Virus record (IMG/VR): IMGVR_UViG_3300032268_000658
Length of the DNA: 64,000 nt
DNA from: a virus
Taxonomy: Duplodnaviria > Heunggongvirae > Uroviricota > Caudoviricetes
Direction: 5' to 3' (one strand)
Shown: positions 1 through 9,102 of the stretch, one piece after another
How positions within the stretch are numbered: position 1 is the stretch's first letter
How the letters are laid out: each line of letters opens with the position of its first letter
The notes under the pieces: generated by a model
Database searches by the model: none
What the model was told of the DNA's origin: nothing
What the model saw: only the letters and a program-made list of their open reading frames with translations
Program-made: the position numbers and the translations under genes

Positions 1-1716
1 AGTTCCTGTTTGAGTGTTAGTAGGAGTTTGAGTTGGTGTTGCGGTTAAAGTAGTCGTTGTGGTTGGCGTTTGCGTTCCTGTTTGAGTCGGAGTTGTTGTT
101 ACTGCAGCAGTTCCTGTTTGAGTATTAGTAGGAGTTTGAGTTGGTGTTGTTGTCGGCGTTTGAGTATTAGTAGGAGTTGAAGTAGGTGTTCTTGTTGGTG
201 TAGGAGTAGGTGTTGGACAAGTTCCCCAAACTGGTTTTGGTAATGACCACGCAGTTGCAAAAAGTGAGAAGTTAGTTGGAGTAGTAGGTATATTTGTAAC
301 ACACCACCCACTTAAATCTTGGTTGAAGGAGCTTGCATTAACAAACATATTAATCATGTTGGTAACACTTGAAACATTCCAAGTACTTATATTTTGGTTG
401 AATACAGACGCTCCACCAAACATGCCTTGCATGTTGGTAACACTTGAAACATTCCAAGTACCTATGTTTTGATTAAATACATACGCTCCACCAAACATGC
501 CTTGCATGTTGGTAACACTTGAAACATTCCAAGTACCTATGTTTTGATTAAATGCGTTCGCACTCGCAAACATGTTTTGCATGTCGGTAACACTTGAAAC
601 ATCCCAAGTGTTTATGTTTTGATTAAATGCGTCCGCACTCTCAAACATGGATTGCATGTCTGTAACACCACTAACATTCCAAGTACTTATGTTTTGATTA
701 AATTCGGATGCCTGTTTAAACATACTATTCATAATTGTTACATTTGACGTGTTCCAAGATGAAATATCACTATTAAAAGGCGTAATACTAAACATGGCAT
801 TCATATTAGTAACATTTGATACATTCCAACTATTTAAACTATAATTAAAATTAGTGTTAGTAAACATGCTACCCATATTAGTAACATTTGATACATTCCA
901 ACTGCTTACATCTGAATTAAAATTAGTGTTGTTGGCAAACATGCTACCCATATTAGTAACATTTTCAGTATTCCAATTAGATATATTTGTTGCGGTTGTT
1001 CCTAATAATTCACAACTTTCAAACATACCACTAATGTTACCGCTTAATATTGGGTAATCTGTTGCACTAATACCTGTTAAGTTATTACAATCGTAAAATG
1101 ACCCAGAATAACTATTAATACCTATATTTCCCCATTGTTTAATATCAACTAACTGAAGATTACTTCCTTCATATGCTCCAAAGCTAAATTCAGTTGCAAG
1201 ACCAGTTATAGTTACGTCATAATTACCAGATGTTGCGTAAGTGTGTGTTCTATTTGCATAAGAATTAACACTACTACCACCATCCCCCCAATTTATTGTT
1301 CCAGAGTATGTACCATTAATCCAATAAGGTAAGGATAAAGAATCTCCATTACTTGCAATATAGAATGTTAATATCATACTGCTTGGACAAGGTCCTGTTG
1401 ACCCACTATGGAGGAATATGTTGTTTGCATTAGTTGCCCATGTAACATTCTCATCTGTGGTAGTTCCAGTGCCTCCAAATAATTTTAAATAATAATTTAA
1501 TTGTTCTCTGCCAGTAGCAACCATTGCCGCCCATCCATGTTGACCACCAATCTTATAAATGGTATATCCATCACATGTCGGGTCAACTCCTGACCAAAAT
1601 CCAGTGTCAACCGTTGCACCAAGGCCTTTTGTAGTTGCCGAAAAATATGTGAAATCACCTTTAACAGTTCCTCCAGCAATTGAGGTTGTTCCCGATTTTA
1701 TGATTAATATTGACAT
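1..1716 (-). CDS. Surface-repeat protein, N-terminal 572 aa; its C-terminus runs off the window. Globular N-domain, then about 11 tandem 26-residue DUF285/BspA-type repeats, then a Pro/Thr-rich linker
   Basis: My own translation of the minus strand from ATG 1716..1714 (MSILIIKSGTTSIAGG...) stays open down to position 1. The ORF track misses it because there is no stop in the window. Repeat units look like F.ASAFNQNIGTWNVSSVTNMQGMF / FANNTNFNSDVSSWNVSNVTNMGSMF. The tail is PTPTPTRTPTSTPTNTQTPTTTPTQ... Confidence 0.75.
   Translation of the reverse strand, partial: MSILIIKSGTTSIAGGTVKGDFTYFSATTKGLGATVDTGFWSGVDPTCDGYTIYKIGGQHGWAAMVATGREQLNYYLKLFGGTGTTTDENVTWATNANNIFLHSGSTGPCPSSMILTFYIASNGDSLSLPYWINGTYSGTINWGDGGSSVNSYANRTHTYATSGNYDVTITGLATEFSFGAYEGSNLQLVDIKQWGNIGINSYSGSFYDCNNLTGISATDYPILSGNISGMFESCELLGTTATNISNWNTENVTNMGSMFANNTNFNSDVSSWNVSNVTNMGSMFTNTNFNYSLNSWNVSNVTNMNAMFSITPFNSDISSWNTSNVTIMNSMFKQASEFNQNISTWNVSGVTDMQSMFESADAFNQNINTWDVSSVTDMQNMFASANAFNQNIGTWNVSSVTNMQGMFGGAYVFNQNIGTWNVSSVTNMQGMFGGASVFNQNISTWNVSSVTNMINMFVNASSFNQDLSGWCVTNIPTTPTNFSLFATAWSLPKPVWGTCPTPTPTPTRTPTSTPTNTQTPTTTPTQTPTNTQTGTAAVTTTPTQTGTQTPTTTTTLTATPTQTPTNTQTGT
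345..740. repeat. Tandem ~78-bp near-identical DNA repeats (at least 4 copies) that encode the 26-aa protein repeats
   Basis: Unit catgccttgcatgttggtaacacttgaaacattccaagtacctatgttttgattaaatacatacgctccaccaaa repeats head-to-tail with few substitutions. Confidence 0.8.
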
Positions 1717-1770
1717 AGATAATTCATTTCATTTATTAATATAAATATACAGTCCGTATTGTTTAATAGA

Positions 1771-1798
1771 AATAAAAAACCCCACCTGAGGGATGGGG
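1771..1798 (-). terminator. Intrinsic terminator (minus strand)
   Basis: cccca..tgggg hairpin with an A-run on the plus strand (a U-tract on the minus strand), downstream of the 1809..2027 gene. Confidence 0.6.
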
Positions 1799-1808
1799 TT
1801 ACGTACTC

Positions 1809-2027
1809 TTAATCAATAACTAACGTGATTTCATCACCTTCGACAGTAATGGTTCCCCACGTTTCCTCACCACTCGGAATTTTACCCTCAACAATAAGAG
1901 AGTCAACAATACTTTCCATTCTATCATAGGACAAGTCACCTTCGGTACACTCTACCATTTCAATAACATCAACTGGTTGGTCCCAATTCTCCGTATCGAA
2001 CACAACATTAAATACAAATTTTTCCAT
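1809..2027 (-). CDS. Hypothetical small acidic protein
   Basis: ORF followed by a terminator; no recognisable motif. Confidence 0.45.
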   Translation of the reverse strand: MEKFVFNVVFDTENWDQPVDVIEMVECTEGDLSYDRMESIVDSLIVEGKIPSGEETWGTITVEGDEITLVID

Positions 2028-2053
2028 ACCACAAAAATATGAAAATATTTTAA

Positions 2054-2086
2054 AATAAAAAACCCCCTTCGTTTCTGAAGAGGGAT
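2054..2086 (-). terminator. Intrinsic terminator (minus strand)
   Basis: ccccttc-gtttctgaa-gaggg hairpin preceded by aaaaaa, below the stop of the 2109..2771 gene. Confidence 0.6.
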
Positions 2087-2108
2087 TTTATAAATTTTTT
2101 ATAAGTTA

Positions 2109-2771
2109 TTATAGTTTAACACAACTTAACAATGCTTTCACATCTCTTGATGGGTCCGCACCTAATCCACCGTCTTTTTCGGATAATCCTGTTATAAATA
2201 AAACAATTATAGAACCTAAAGCTAATACTCCACCAGCAGCAAAACCAACTTCAGAACCAACACCGCTCATAATTAACATCGCAATTATACCAAGAGCATA
2301 AGCTCCAGCACTTGTTGTTAAAAACATCAAACTTGTCAATTGTTTTTGTGTGATACATTGTTTAATTTGTTTCATTACTGTTGGGTCTGGTGTTTCTCCA
2401 TTAGCAATTCTTTCTTCTGCATCATCAATAGCCATTTGAGCAGCGGCTTCAGTAAGTAATGGTCTTCTTGATTTTTGTTCTTTCACAGAATCTGTTGCTT
2501 TTGGAGCCTGATTAGGTACAGGTTTCTTTGTGTCAACGTAACAATATCCTGGTGTTTTAACTCCCATACTAGCGCATGATTTAATTGGCTTCTTTCCTTG
2601 TGTATCACAATAACCAGGACTTTTAACTCCCATACTAGCACATGTATCAATCATGTTGTAATTTTTTGATGAGGACGCCACTTTATCCTTCATAACTTTT
2701 GATTGTTCTTTGATTACTTTACTAACCAATCTTGTTAAATCGGCTTCAGTAAGTCTTATAATTTTTCCCAT
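2109..2771 (-). CDS. Membrane protein with the conserved N-terminal leader MGKIIRLTEADLTRLVSKVIKEQSK
   Basis: Leader nearly identical to the 33329..33655 and 4214..5050 genes; internal duplicated CASMGVK[ST]PGYC motif; C-terminal hydrophobic helices (GIIAMLIMSGVG.., GGVLALGSIIVLFITGL). Confidence 0.6.
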   Translation of the reverse strand: MGKIIRLTEADLTRLVSKVIKEQSKVMKDKVASSSKNYNMIDTCASMGVKSPGYCDTQGKKPIKSCASMGVKTPGYCYVDTKKPVPNQAPKATDSVKEQKSRRPLLTEAAAQMAIDDAEERIANGETPDPTVMKQIKQCITQKQLTSLMFLTTSAGAYALGIIAMLIMSGVGSEVGFAAGGVLALGSIIVLFITGLSEKDGGLGADPSRDVKALLSCVKL

Positions 2772-2815
2772 ATTAACTTTGTTTTATTATAAATATATCT
2801 ATCTTGGATAATGAT

Positions 2816-3589
2816 TTATTTGAAGTCAGGCAATTTTGTATCTTTAATAAATTTCTTATGTGAATCCTTATATGATTTTTGAGTTTCATCATTCACATCT
2901 TTGGTGTATTGCCAGTTCCAATATAAATCATCATTTGGCTTGAATCCATAAAATTCGTGTACTTTCTTTTGTACTTCAGTAACATTCTTTCCATTCCAAT
3001 TCTGTCCAACACAAATAAATCCTGTTTCAATATCTTTAACAAGATTTGATTCTCCCAATGTTGCATGTCTATTTTCAATCCAAGTTAGTCTTTCAATTAA
3101 GTTTTGATAAAACATATTGGTTTGCCCCCATCTAACGGAACTAAAGAATATAACAGCATCAGATTCAAACAATTCTTTTGATATCTTCCATAACTCATCT
3201 TCAGGGTTGTTAAAACTTGCCCAACATCTATGGTCACCTGATGGATTCTTCTTCTTGTCCTTAAGCATTGCCTTCAATACTCCACAACTATTACCGTCCT
3301 TCCTTGATACATTACCTTCACACGGTACTATATTTAATTCTGAAACATCAAGTAATGTTGAGTTATTACCCAATTCATCATCAAGGTACATTGCAATGGC
3401 TTTTGATTTTGGAATGTCGACATTATCCTCATCCCAATTGTATCTATTGGAACAACTTAATATCAAAACCTTTTTTTTATCTTTAAGAATGTCCAACGTT
3501 TTCTTAATTGACTTCCAAGCATCGGATTGTACCATCTCCTCGGAAATCATCATCTCTCTTATTCTCTGTATGTTTTCTTGTAAGTTCAT
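2816..3589 (-). CDS. NAD(P)H-dependent FMN reductase-like flavoprotein (flavodoxin fold) with MNLQENIQRIREMM leader
   Basis: KKVLILSCSNR.. / ..LNIVPCEGNVS..C.. / DAVIFFSSVRWGQTNMFYQNLIERLTW parallels the FMN_red family (KILGISGSPR / PCDGCGAC / DGIIFGSPVYFGSMSAQLKALIDR). Confidence 0.55.
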   Translation of the reverse strand: MNLQENIQRIREMMISEEMVQSDAWKSIKKTLDILKDKKKVLILSCSNRYNWDEDNVDIPKSKAIAMYLDDELGNNSTLLDVSELNIVPCEGNVSRKDGNSCGVLKAMLKDKKKNPSGDHRCWASFNNPEDELWKISKELFESDAVIFFSSVRWGQTNMFYQNLIERLTWIENRHATLGESNLVKDIETGFICVGQNWNGKNVTEVQKKVHEFYGFKPNDDLYWNWQYTKDVNDETQKSYKDSHKKFIKDTKLPDFK

Positions 3590-3595
3590 ATTAAA

Positions 3596-4204
3596 TTATT
3601 TTTCAAAAATATCAGAATCTGAAGATGTGTTTACAAAATTTTTAAATTGTTCCATATCTTGTTCAGAGCCCAATATGTGAATTTGATTTGGGTTTCTAAC
3701 CGTCACACTTTTTCCACTACCAACTCTTGCACTTCTTATTGTTCCGTCGTATTCAAATTTTGGTAACTCACCTGTTGTATCAAAATTATTTGCCCAATCT
3801 GGATTTAAAGGGTTCTCATACCTACGAATTTCTTTATCATAGTTGGGGTTTTGTTCATTTAAAGGGTTTTTAATATTTAAAACCACAGAATAAACATTTG
3901 GGCCAAATTGGTAACTTAACGGTTCTTCAGAAAACCAAAGATGACTTAGACCCGAACTTGATGGGTCCTTAAATTGTGAAAATTTGTTTTGACTCGAATG
4001 AAACATTATATCTTTAATTTTGCTGTCGGCAAATATTGAATCCAAATATTGCAGATATTGTTCCTTTGTTCCGATGTTTAATAATTCAGGGTGGTTATTG
4101 AATACATATTCAACTTTACTACTACTGATTCCAGAAACTTCTTCACCTTCCGAAATTAATTCCATCAATTCTTTCAATCTTAATATGTTTTCTTGTAAGT
4201 TCAT
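3596..4204 (-). CDS. Hypothetical protein with MNLQENILRLKELMELI leader; its N-terminus is a paralog of the 2816..3589 gene
   Basis: Shares the first ~15 residues with the adjacent gene; no catalytic motif seen. Confidence 0.5.
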   Translation of the reverse strand: MNLQENILRLKELMELISEGEEVSGISSSKVEYVFNNHPELLNIGTKEQYLQYLDSIFADSKIKDIMFHSSQNKFSQFKDPSSSGLSHLWFSEEPLSYQFGPNVYSVVLNIKNPLNEQNPNYDKEIRRYENPLNPDWANNFDTTGELPKFEYDGTIRSARVGSGKSVTVRNPNQIHILGSEQDMEQFKNFVNTSSDSDIFEK

Positions 4205-4213
4205 ATTAATCTT

Positions 4214-5050
4214 TTACCAAGTTCTACATGCCCAATATCTTGGTTTCCATCTTGGTCCAGGGTTTTCACAATTATGTCTAGCTCTAAAGTTTTTTCTACG
4301 TTCAGGATTATTCTTCTTAATCCTCATTATTTTACCATGAGCAGATTTACCACCAAACCCAAAGTTAACCTTTACAACCTTACCCTTATCGTTTTTAACA
4401 TATACCTTGGACTTCTTCACATCACCTTGCATAATCTTTCCAAGTTGAACCTTGCGTCCTTGGTATTCGGCTTCATTAATAAATTCTTTGTTATAATCAA
4501 TTGATTGAACTGAACCATACTTATCCTTATACAAAGTTTCATTTAAATCCATACCAAGTCTAAATTCAGACACCAATTCATCCACCAAAAAATCGGCATA
4601 TGTTATAAGTTCATCTAACTCATCATCGGATAATTCTTCCCCTTTAATTGCAGATTCAACTTCATATTCTATTTCACTAATCAGTTCGTCCAATTCTTCT
4701 TCAGTTGTATGTCTATTAAAATGATTGGCAATATGGTCCAAAGTATGCATGTGTTCTTCAAACTCATTTGATTCTTCTTCCTCATACAAAGTTTCATTTT
4801 TGGGTTTAATACCCTTCTTCTTCATATTGATGGCAATTGCAGCTTGTTGAGCGGGGCTTGAAGCTTCATTTGTTTCCTCATCTTCAGATTCGTTCTTAAC
4901 GCAATTTGGATATTTTTTACCAAACATTGTCTTCATTCCCTTTTTAGTATAACCTTTCCAACAAGCTTCGGTCATTTCTGATTCTTCTTTAAGAACACGA
5001 TTAACCAATTTAATCAAATCGGATTCTGTTAATCTTACTATTTTGGTCAT
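4214..5050 (-). CDS. Hypothetical protein with leader MTKIVRLTESDLIKLVNRVLKEESE, an acidic middle and a basic C-terminus
   Basis: Leader family; the C-terminal KGKVVKVNFGFGGKSAHGKIMRIKKNNPERRKNFRARHNCENPGP looks like a basic nucleic-acid-binding tail. Confidence 0.5.
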   Translation of the reverse strand: MTKIVRLTESDLIKLVNRVLKEESEMTEACWKGYTKKGMKTMFGKKYPNCVKNESEDEETNEASSPAQQAAIAINMKKKGIKPKNETLYEEEESNEFEEHMHTLDHIANHFNRHTTEEELDELISEIEYEVESAIKGEELSDDELDELITYADFLVDELVSEFRLGMDLNETLYKDKYGSVQSIDYNKEFINEAEYQGRKVQLGKIMQGDVKKSKVYVKNDKGKVVKVNFGFGGKSAHGKIMRIKKNNPERRKNFRARHNCENPGPRWKPRYWACRTW

Positions 5051-5110
5051 AATAATTTATTTATTATAAATACTCCAATCCATTTGTTTAATGGGGATAA
5101 AATATCTTTT

Positions 5111-5386
5111 TTAGAGTTTATCCACGGCATTAACAAATTTATGGCATTTTTCAGATACACCTCCCTTATCATGGTCAGTAATAGATAATTTGACATTATC
5201 ATAATGAACGGTCATATCAGGATGATGATTTTGTTTATCAGCAATTTTCATTACAGAATTAACAAATGGCATAACTTCTTTATAATCTTTAAAATAAAAT
5301 GTTTTGGTAAGTTTATTACCACCTTCTTTCCAATCACTTTTATTCATAATTGTTCTTTTTTGTTGTTCTGTTATTATATATTTCAT
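5111..5386 (-). CDS. Pterin-4a-carbinolamine dehydratase (PCD/DCoH-like)
   Basis: Motif ..KQNHHPDMTVHYDNVKLSITDHDKGGVSEK.. fits the PCD signature [EDKH]-x3-H-[HN]-P-x5-Y-x9-H-D. The likely start is the internal Met (MKYIITEQQ..) at 5386 rather than the track's 5443, which would overlap the upstream gene. Confidence 0.6.
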   Translation of the reverse strand: MKYIITEQQKRTIMNKSDWKEGGNKLTKTFYFKDYKEVMPFVNSVMKIADKQNHHPDMTVHYDNVKLSITDHDKGGVSEKCHKFVNAVDKL

Positions 5387-5742
5387 TAGTAATATCCGTA
5401 TTGAACACGGTCTATGGGAAGACCCGAATGTTGATTGAACCATTTAAGAAATACTGGTTTCCACAAGTCCTCAAACATACCTTCATACTTGTAATACAAT
5501 TGGTCTTCAAGTTCAACAATATTATCTTTCTTTAAATAATTCATAAACTTGGGGGAATCATTATCCGCCAAGTCAGTATAAAAATCTTTATCATAATAAA
5601 TGGGGAAAGAATCCTCAAACCCTCTCAACTCTCTTTTGATTTTTGAATGAGACCACCATCCACCTACAGGAGTAAGGTCCTTATCAAATACGGAAGTTAT
5701 AAAACTCTCCAACCTATTTTCTGTAATAAGATATTTCATCAA
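5386..5742 (-). CDS. Hypothetical protein (MMKYLITENRLESF leader)
   Basis: ORF; N-terminal IITE-type motif. Confidence 0.5.
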   Translation of the reverse strand: MMKYLITENRLESFITSVFDKDLTPVGGWWSHSKIKRELRGFEDSFPIYYDKDFYTDLADNDSPKFMNYLKKDNIVELEDQLYYKYEGMFEDLWKPVFLKWFNQHSGLPIDRVQYGYY

Positions 5743-5900
5743 TAATAAATATACCGACCCATATGTTTAAGATGATGATAATGAGGTGACCATTATACAA
5801 GGAGAATCCGAACCGACGAAGTCGGTCGGGGACCGTCGGCCAAAAAGGGGCGGGGGATTCCTACGACCGAAGGGAGTTTCCGTCGGGCGATATACGAATA

Positions 5901-6266
5901 TCAATTATGTCCAAACACACCATCAGTTTCAAGGACATCTTCATTAAACGTATAATCAACCCATCTCTTCATATACCAATTAACTTCATCCAAAGTTAAA
6001 TTAAACATATCCATAATAGAACCCTGAATATGTTGCATATAATTAAATTGTTTGCGTTCATAAATTAACGCACCGACAACATACCCATCATAATGAAGGA
6101 TAAGGTGGTTATTCTCAACCATGATTTTATAATTACCAAACCTATCCGTTATGAATTGTAGTATTAGTCGTACCATGTATTTCTTTATTTGTATATCCAC
6201 GTAATTCACGAGCAGCATAATCCCACTCCATACGCATTTGTTTTTCGTTAATCCTATCCACCACAC
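5901..6266 (-). CDS. Hypothetical protein
   Basis: ORF only. Confidence 0.45.
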   Translation of the reverse strand: MWWIGLTKNKCVWSGIMLLVNYVDIQIKKYMVRLILQFITDRFGNYKIMVENNHLILHYDGYVVGALIYERKQFNYMQHIQGSIMDMFNLTLDEVNWYMKRWVDYTFNEDVLETDGVFGHN

Positions 6267-6277
6267 TTTTCTTCTTC

Positions 6278-6478
6278 TTATTTTTCTTTTTCATTTATTC
6301 CATGTACTGTTTTATTTGTCATACCGTTTACCGCACGGTCCAATTTAACATTAAACTTTCTTTCCGCTAACTCTATTTCTTTGTCAAGGTCAACCCCAAA
6401 ACTCTTCTGAAGTTCTCTCAAAAGGTCCATATCCAATTCGTGGGTAATTCTTTCCATGAGTATTTTTTCTGGGTCCAT
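6278..6478 (-). CDS. Hypothetical small protein
   Basis: ORF abutting the downstream gene. Confidence 0.4.
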   Translation of the reverse strand: MDPEKILMERITHELDMDLLRELQKSFGVDLDKEIELAERKFNVKLDRAVNGMTNKTVHGINEKEK

Positions 6479-6852
6479 TATTCTACAAGGTAATTTACAG
6501 GTAAAAAATCCCTATATCTAATTCTCTCATCCATCGTTTGATTACTAACACCACTTAAAATTACACAATTAGGATAAATCTTCTGATTTGTTTCATTTTT
6601 CCACAAATCAAAACAGAATTCCATGAACTCACTATGTAAGTCGGTATATGTGAGCAACTTAGCCAAATGTTCGTCACAAAAAAGTTCACCATTATCATAC
6701 ACACGAACATAACCATATTCTTCCATAAATGGATTTGTATCGGACGGATAAAACTCAATAGACCCAATAGCATTCCTACCGATATGAATAATAATCGGAC
6801 CTTCGTTTTTCACACGAAAAGAATCAAAAAAATTATGAAACAATTTATTCAT
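6478..6852 (-). CDS. Hypothetical protein
   Basis: ORF, tightly packed with neighbours. Confidence 0.45.
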   Translation of the reverse strand: MNKLFHNFFDSFRVKNEGPIIIHIGRNAIGSIEFYPSDTNPFMEEYGYVRVYDNGELFCDEHLAKLLTYTDLHSEFMEFCFDLWKNETNQKIYPNCVILSGVSNQTMDERIRYRDFLPVNYLVE

Positions 6853-6855
6853 ACA

Positions 6856-7458
6856 CTATAATTTAACTCCCCCTTCAATAACCTTATCAGCTTCAAACTC
6901 ATTAGACCAATTATATCCTTCGTCACCCGACATTTGGTCAGGATAGATATTCTTTATACCTTGTTCAACAATCTTACTAATCTCCGTATTATTCCCATTA
7001 CATGTTACAAATGACATGCTACTGTTATTAATGCCGTGAAATACAACATTAGGTTTAGCATCCTTAACAATTCTCCCCATCAAATTCTCGGCTCTTATCT
7101 GTCTATGTTTTGAACTTGAATCATTTGCCACCTTAATTCCATTCTCAAGAACCTTCTCTGTCTCACATCTATCTTTCTCAGGATTATTAGCAATTGAACG
7201 GAGAGCAGAAACCTTGAAGAAATGCTCATTAGCCCATTGAATAACATACCCCTCCATTTCTTTCCCAACCGTCATTGAAACATATTTGAATACATCGTTG
7301 AAGAATTTATAGTTATACCATAAGGTCCCCTCATCGGTCAACTCAACAACCCACCTTGTTTCATCTGTAAAGATTAACCATGTGGCATTCTTGTACCGAT
7401 AAACATCCACCCCACTTATAGATGAATTTATAAGTTCTTCAATTATCTTTTTCATCAT
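6856..7458 (-). CDS. Hypothetical protein
   Basis: ORF. Confidence 0.5.
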   Translation of the reverse strand: MMKKIIEELINSSISGVDVYRYKNATWLIFTDETRWVVELTDEGTLWYNYKFFNDVFKYVSMTVGKEMEGYVIQWANEHFFKVSALRSIANNPEKDRCETEKVLENGIKVANDSSSKHRQIRAENLMGRIVKDAKPNVVFHGINNSSMSFVTCNGNNTEISKIVEQGIKNIYPDQMSGDEGYNWSNEFEADKVIEGGVKL

Positions 7459-7537
7459 TGTCTTTTAAGTTCCATATGTAATAACTGAGCACCCCCATCA
7501 CAAGTGCAATCAAAAAGTTCTCTAATATTTCCATACA

Positions 7538-7852
7538 CTATTTTTTTAATATCAATTTTAATAAATCCGATAACACCTTTATCTGTTGTCTATCCCCAAA
7601 CCAATCCCTAATATATTTCCATGATTCGTTGGGGTCAATTCCAAAATACCCTTCAATCTTTCTACATAAAGATTCTGACCTATAAACCTTTACTTGGTCA
7701 GTCCTTACAATAAACCATAAAATTAATGTTCCATTATCTGAGGTCACATCATACTTCTCGGTCCAAGTTCTAATAAACTCACTAACAATTGGAGAACAAC
7801 TAACCCCCTCCCCAACATACTCGTCCAAGAATTTATATATTGTTTCTTTCAT
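7538..7852 (-). CDS. Hypothetical protein
   Basis: ORF. Confidence 0.5.
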   Translation of the reverse strand: MKETIYKFLDEYVGEGVSCSPIVSEFIRTWTEKYDVTSDNGTLILWFIVRTDQVKVYRSESLCRKIEGYFGIDPNESWKYIRDWFGDRQQIKVLSDLLKLILKK

Positions 7853-7872
7853 GTACAGTTTTATTTGTCATT

Positions 7873-7962
7873 TAGTCTTTTGAATTTTTACCGATTTTAT
7901 ATCCTACATAAAACCACATTCCGTGTCCTATAATTACTAATGTTAAAATTGTTGGTGTCATA
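7873..7962 (-). CDS. Candidate 29-aa hydrophobic peptide MTPTILTLVIIGHGMWFYVGYKIGKNSKD (not in the ORF track)
   Basis: ATG sits 14 nt downstream of a TATCTTTG -7 element (plus-strand acaaagata at ~7975-7983); the peptide is a single TM-like helix. Confidence 0.3.
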
Positions 7963-8145
7963 CTCTATTTTTTACAAAGATAAGGTATTACTGTGAAAAT
8001 TTCCAAAAATTTTTTTTTGAGTATGGAGGGGTAAAATAAAAGAGGGGGTCATGTTTTGGAAATATATTTCTAACTTTACATAATAGTGAGGTTTTACTTT
8101 ACACATTGTTAAACAATTGGAAATATACTTCCAATATACCCACAT

Positions 8146-8170
8146 AAAAAAACCCCTCTTTAGGGAGGGG
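8146..8170 (-). terminator. Intrinsic terminator (minus strand)
   Basis: cccctc-ttta-gggagggg hairpin with a flanking A-run. Confidence 0.6.
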
Positions 8171-8179
8171 ATTTAATTA

Positions 8180-8443
8180 TTAATAATCATAAAAACTTTC
8201 ACCGTACACGGTAAACCTATATCGTATTTTTATGTCAGGTAAATCATAATATCTTAAAACGTTCTGACATTCAGATACAATATCTTGCTCAATCTCCTCA
8301 TCGGTCCCATCCATCCAAAATAAAACATCCAAAACATTATCATCATGTTGTGATACTTCATAATTCATAATATCCTCAAACTTAGGTAATATAAAATTAC
8401 TCAATATTTTTTCTAAGACGTTATCGATATTTTTCATATACAT
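8180..8443 (-). CDS. Hypothetical acidic protein
   Basis: ORF with terminator. Confidence 0.5.
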   Translation of the reverse strand: MYMKNIDNVLEKILSNFILPKFEDIMNYEVSQHDDNVLDVLFWMDGTDEEIEQDIVSECQNVLRYYDLPDIKIRYRFTVYGESFYDY

Positions 8444-8455
8444 AAATACCCCATG

Positions 8456-8484
8456 AAATAAAAAACCCCACTAATAGGTGGGGT
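8456..8484 (-). terminator. Intrinsic terminator (minus strand)
   Basis: cccca-ctaatag-gtgggg hairpin with an A-run. Confidence 0.6.
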
Positions 8485-8533
8485 CCTTAATATTGTTTGT
8501 TAGTATGGGTTGGGGAATTAATAATATATAGTA

Positions 8534-9049
8534 TTATGATTTGATATAAACCCCATAATCATTTCTATACTCCAAAGGTTTGAACCCCTCATACTTCTGA
8601 AGAAAATCCTCATGAGTTAACTTGGATTGAAGATGAGTTTCATAGATATTACCGAAGTATTCACCTTGAGGAGCATTGAATGGGATTGCCACAACCAACT
8701 CATTACACTTTGAATATAGTTTTTTAATTATTTCAATTCCTTCACTCTCTTCAATGTGTTCCAATATGTCCCCCATCAAAATAATATCATAATGGTCAAA
8801 TTCAAATGTTAAGATATTTTCATTCCAAACATTATTATATTTTAATTTCAATTGATACATCCCAATGTATTGTTCAAATATTTCTATAGCGTCCATATTA
8901 GGAAAAGTCTCCTTGAGTAATTTTGAATAATAACCTGCCCCCGCTCCAACATCTAATATTGTAGATGACGGGTCAAATTTATTTACTAAGTAATCAAATG
9001 TTTCTTGTTTAAATACAGGTGTAGAGAATGGCATATTATGTGTTTCCAA
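8534..9049 (-). CDS. Class I SAM-dependent methyltransferase
   Basis: Motif I ILDVGAGAGYYS and post-I acidic residue (DAIEI); small-molecule/RNA methyltransferase-like size. Confidence 0.6.
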   Translation of the reverse strand: METHNMPFSTPVFKQETFDYLVNKFDPSSTILDVGAGAGYYSKLLKETFPNMDAIEIFEQYIGMYQLKLKYNNVWNENILTFEFDHYDIILMGDILEHIEESEGIEIIKKLYSKCNELVVAIPFNAPQGEYFGNIYETHLQSKLTHEDFLQKYEGFKPLEYRNDYGVYIKS

Positions 9050-9102
9050 TAAGTATAAATTTTTCCAAAAATTTTTAAATGAAAAAACCCCTTACTATGA
9101 GG

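Noticed and set aside
345-740. Possible CRISPR array, given the regularly spaced ~78-bp repeats
   Set aside because: The repeats are contiguous with no unique spacers, they are in frame, and they encode the 26-aa protein repeat. There are no cas genes.
99-1744. Track ORFs 99..311(-), 854..1057(+), 1497..1679(-) and 1559..1744(+)
   Set aside because: All lie inside or opposite the long open minus-strand frame 1..1716 that encodes the repeat protein. They are shadow or alternative-frame ORFs created by the repetitive sequence.
3117-4504. Plus-strand ORFs 3117..3680, 3268..3486, 4020..4340 and 4274..4504
   Set aside because: They are antisense to well-supported minus-strand genes and have low-complexity translations. 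Taken as non-coding shadows.
5387-5443. N-terminal 19 residues of the PCD track ORF
   Set aside because: They overlap the upstream gene by 57 nt. The internal Met gives the canonical MKYIITE start that abuts the neighbour.
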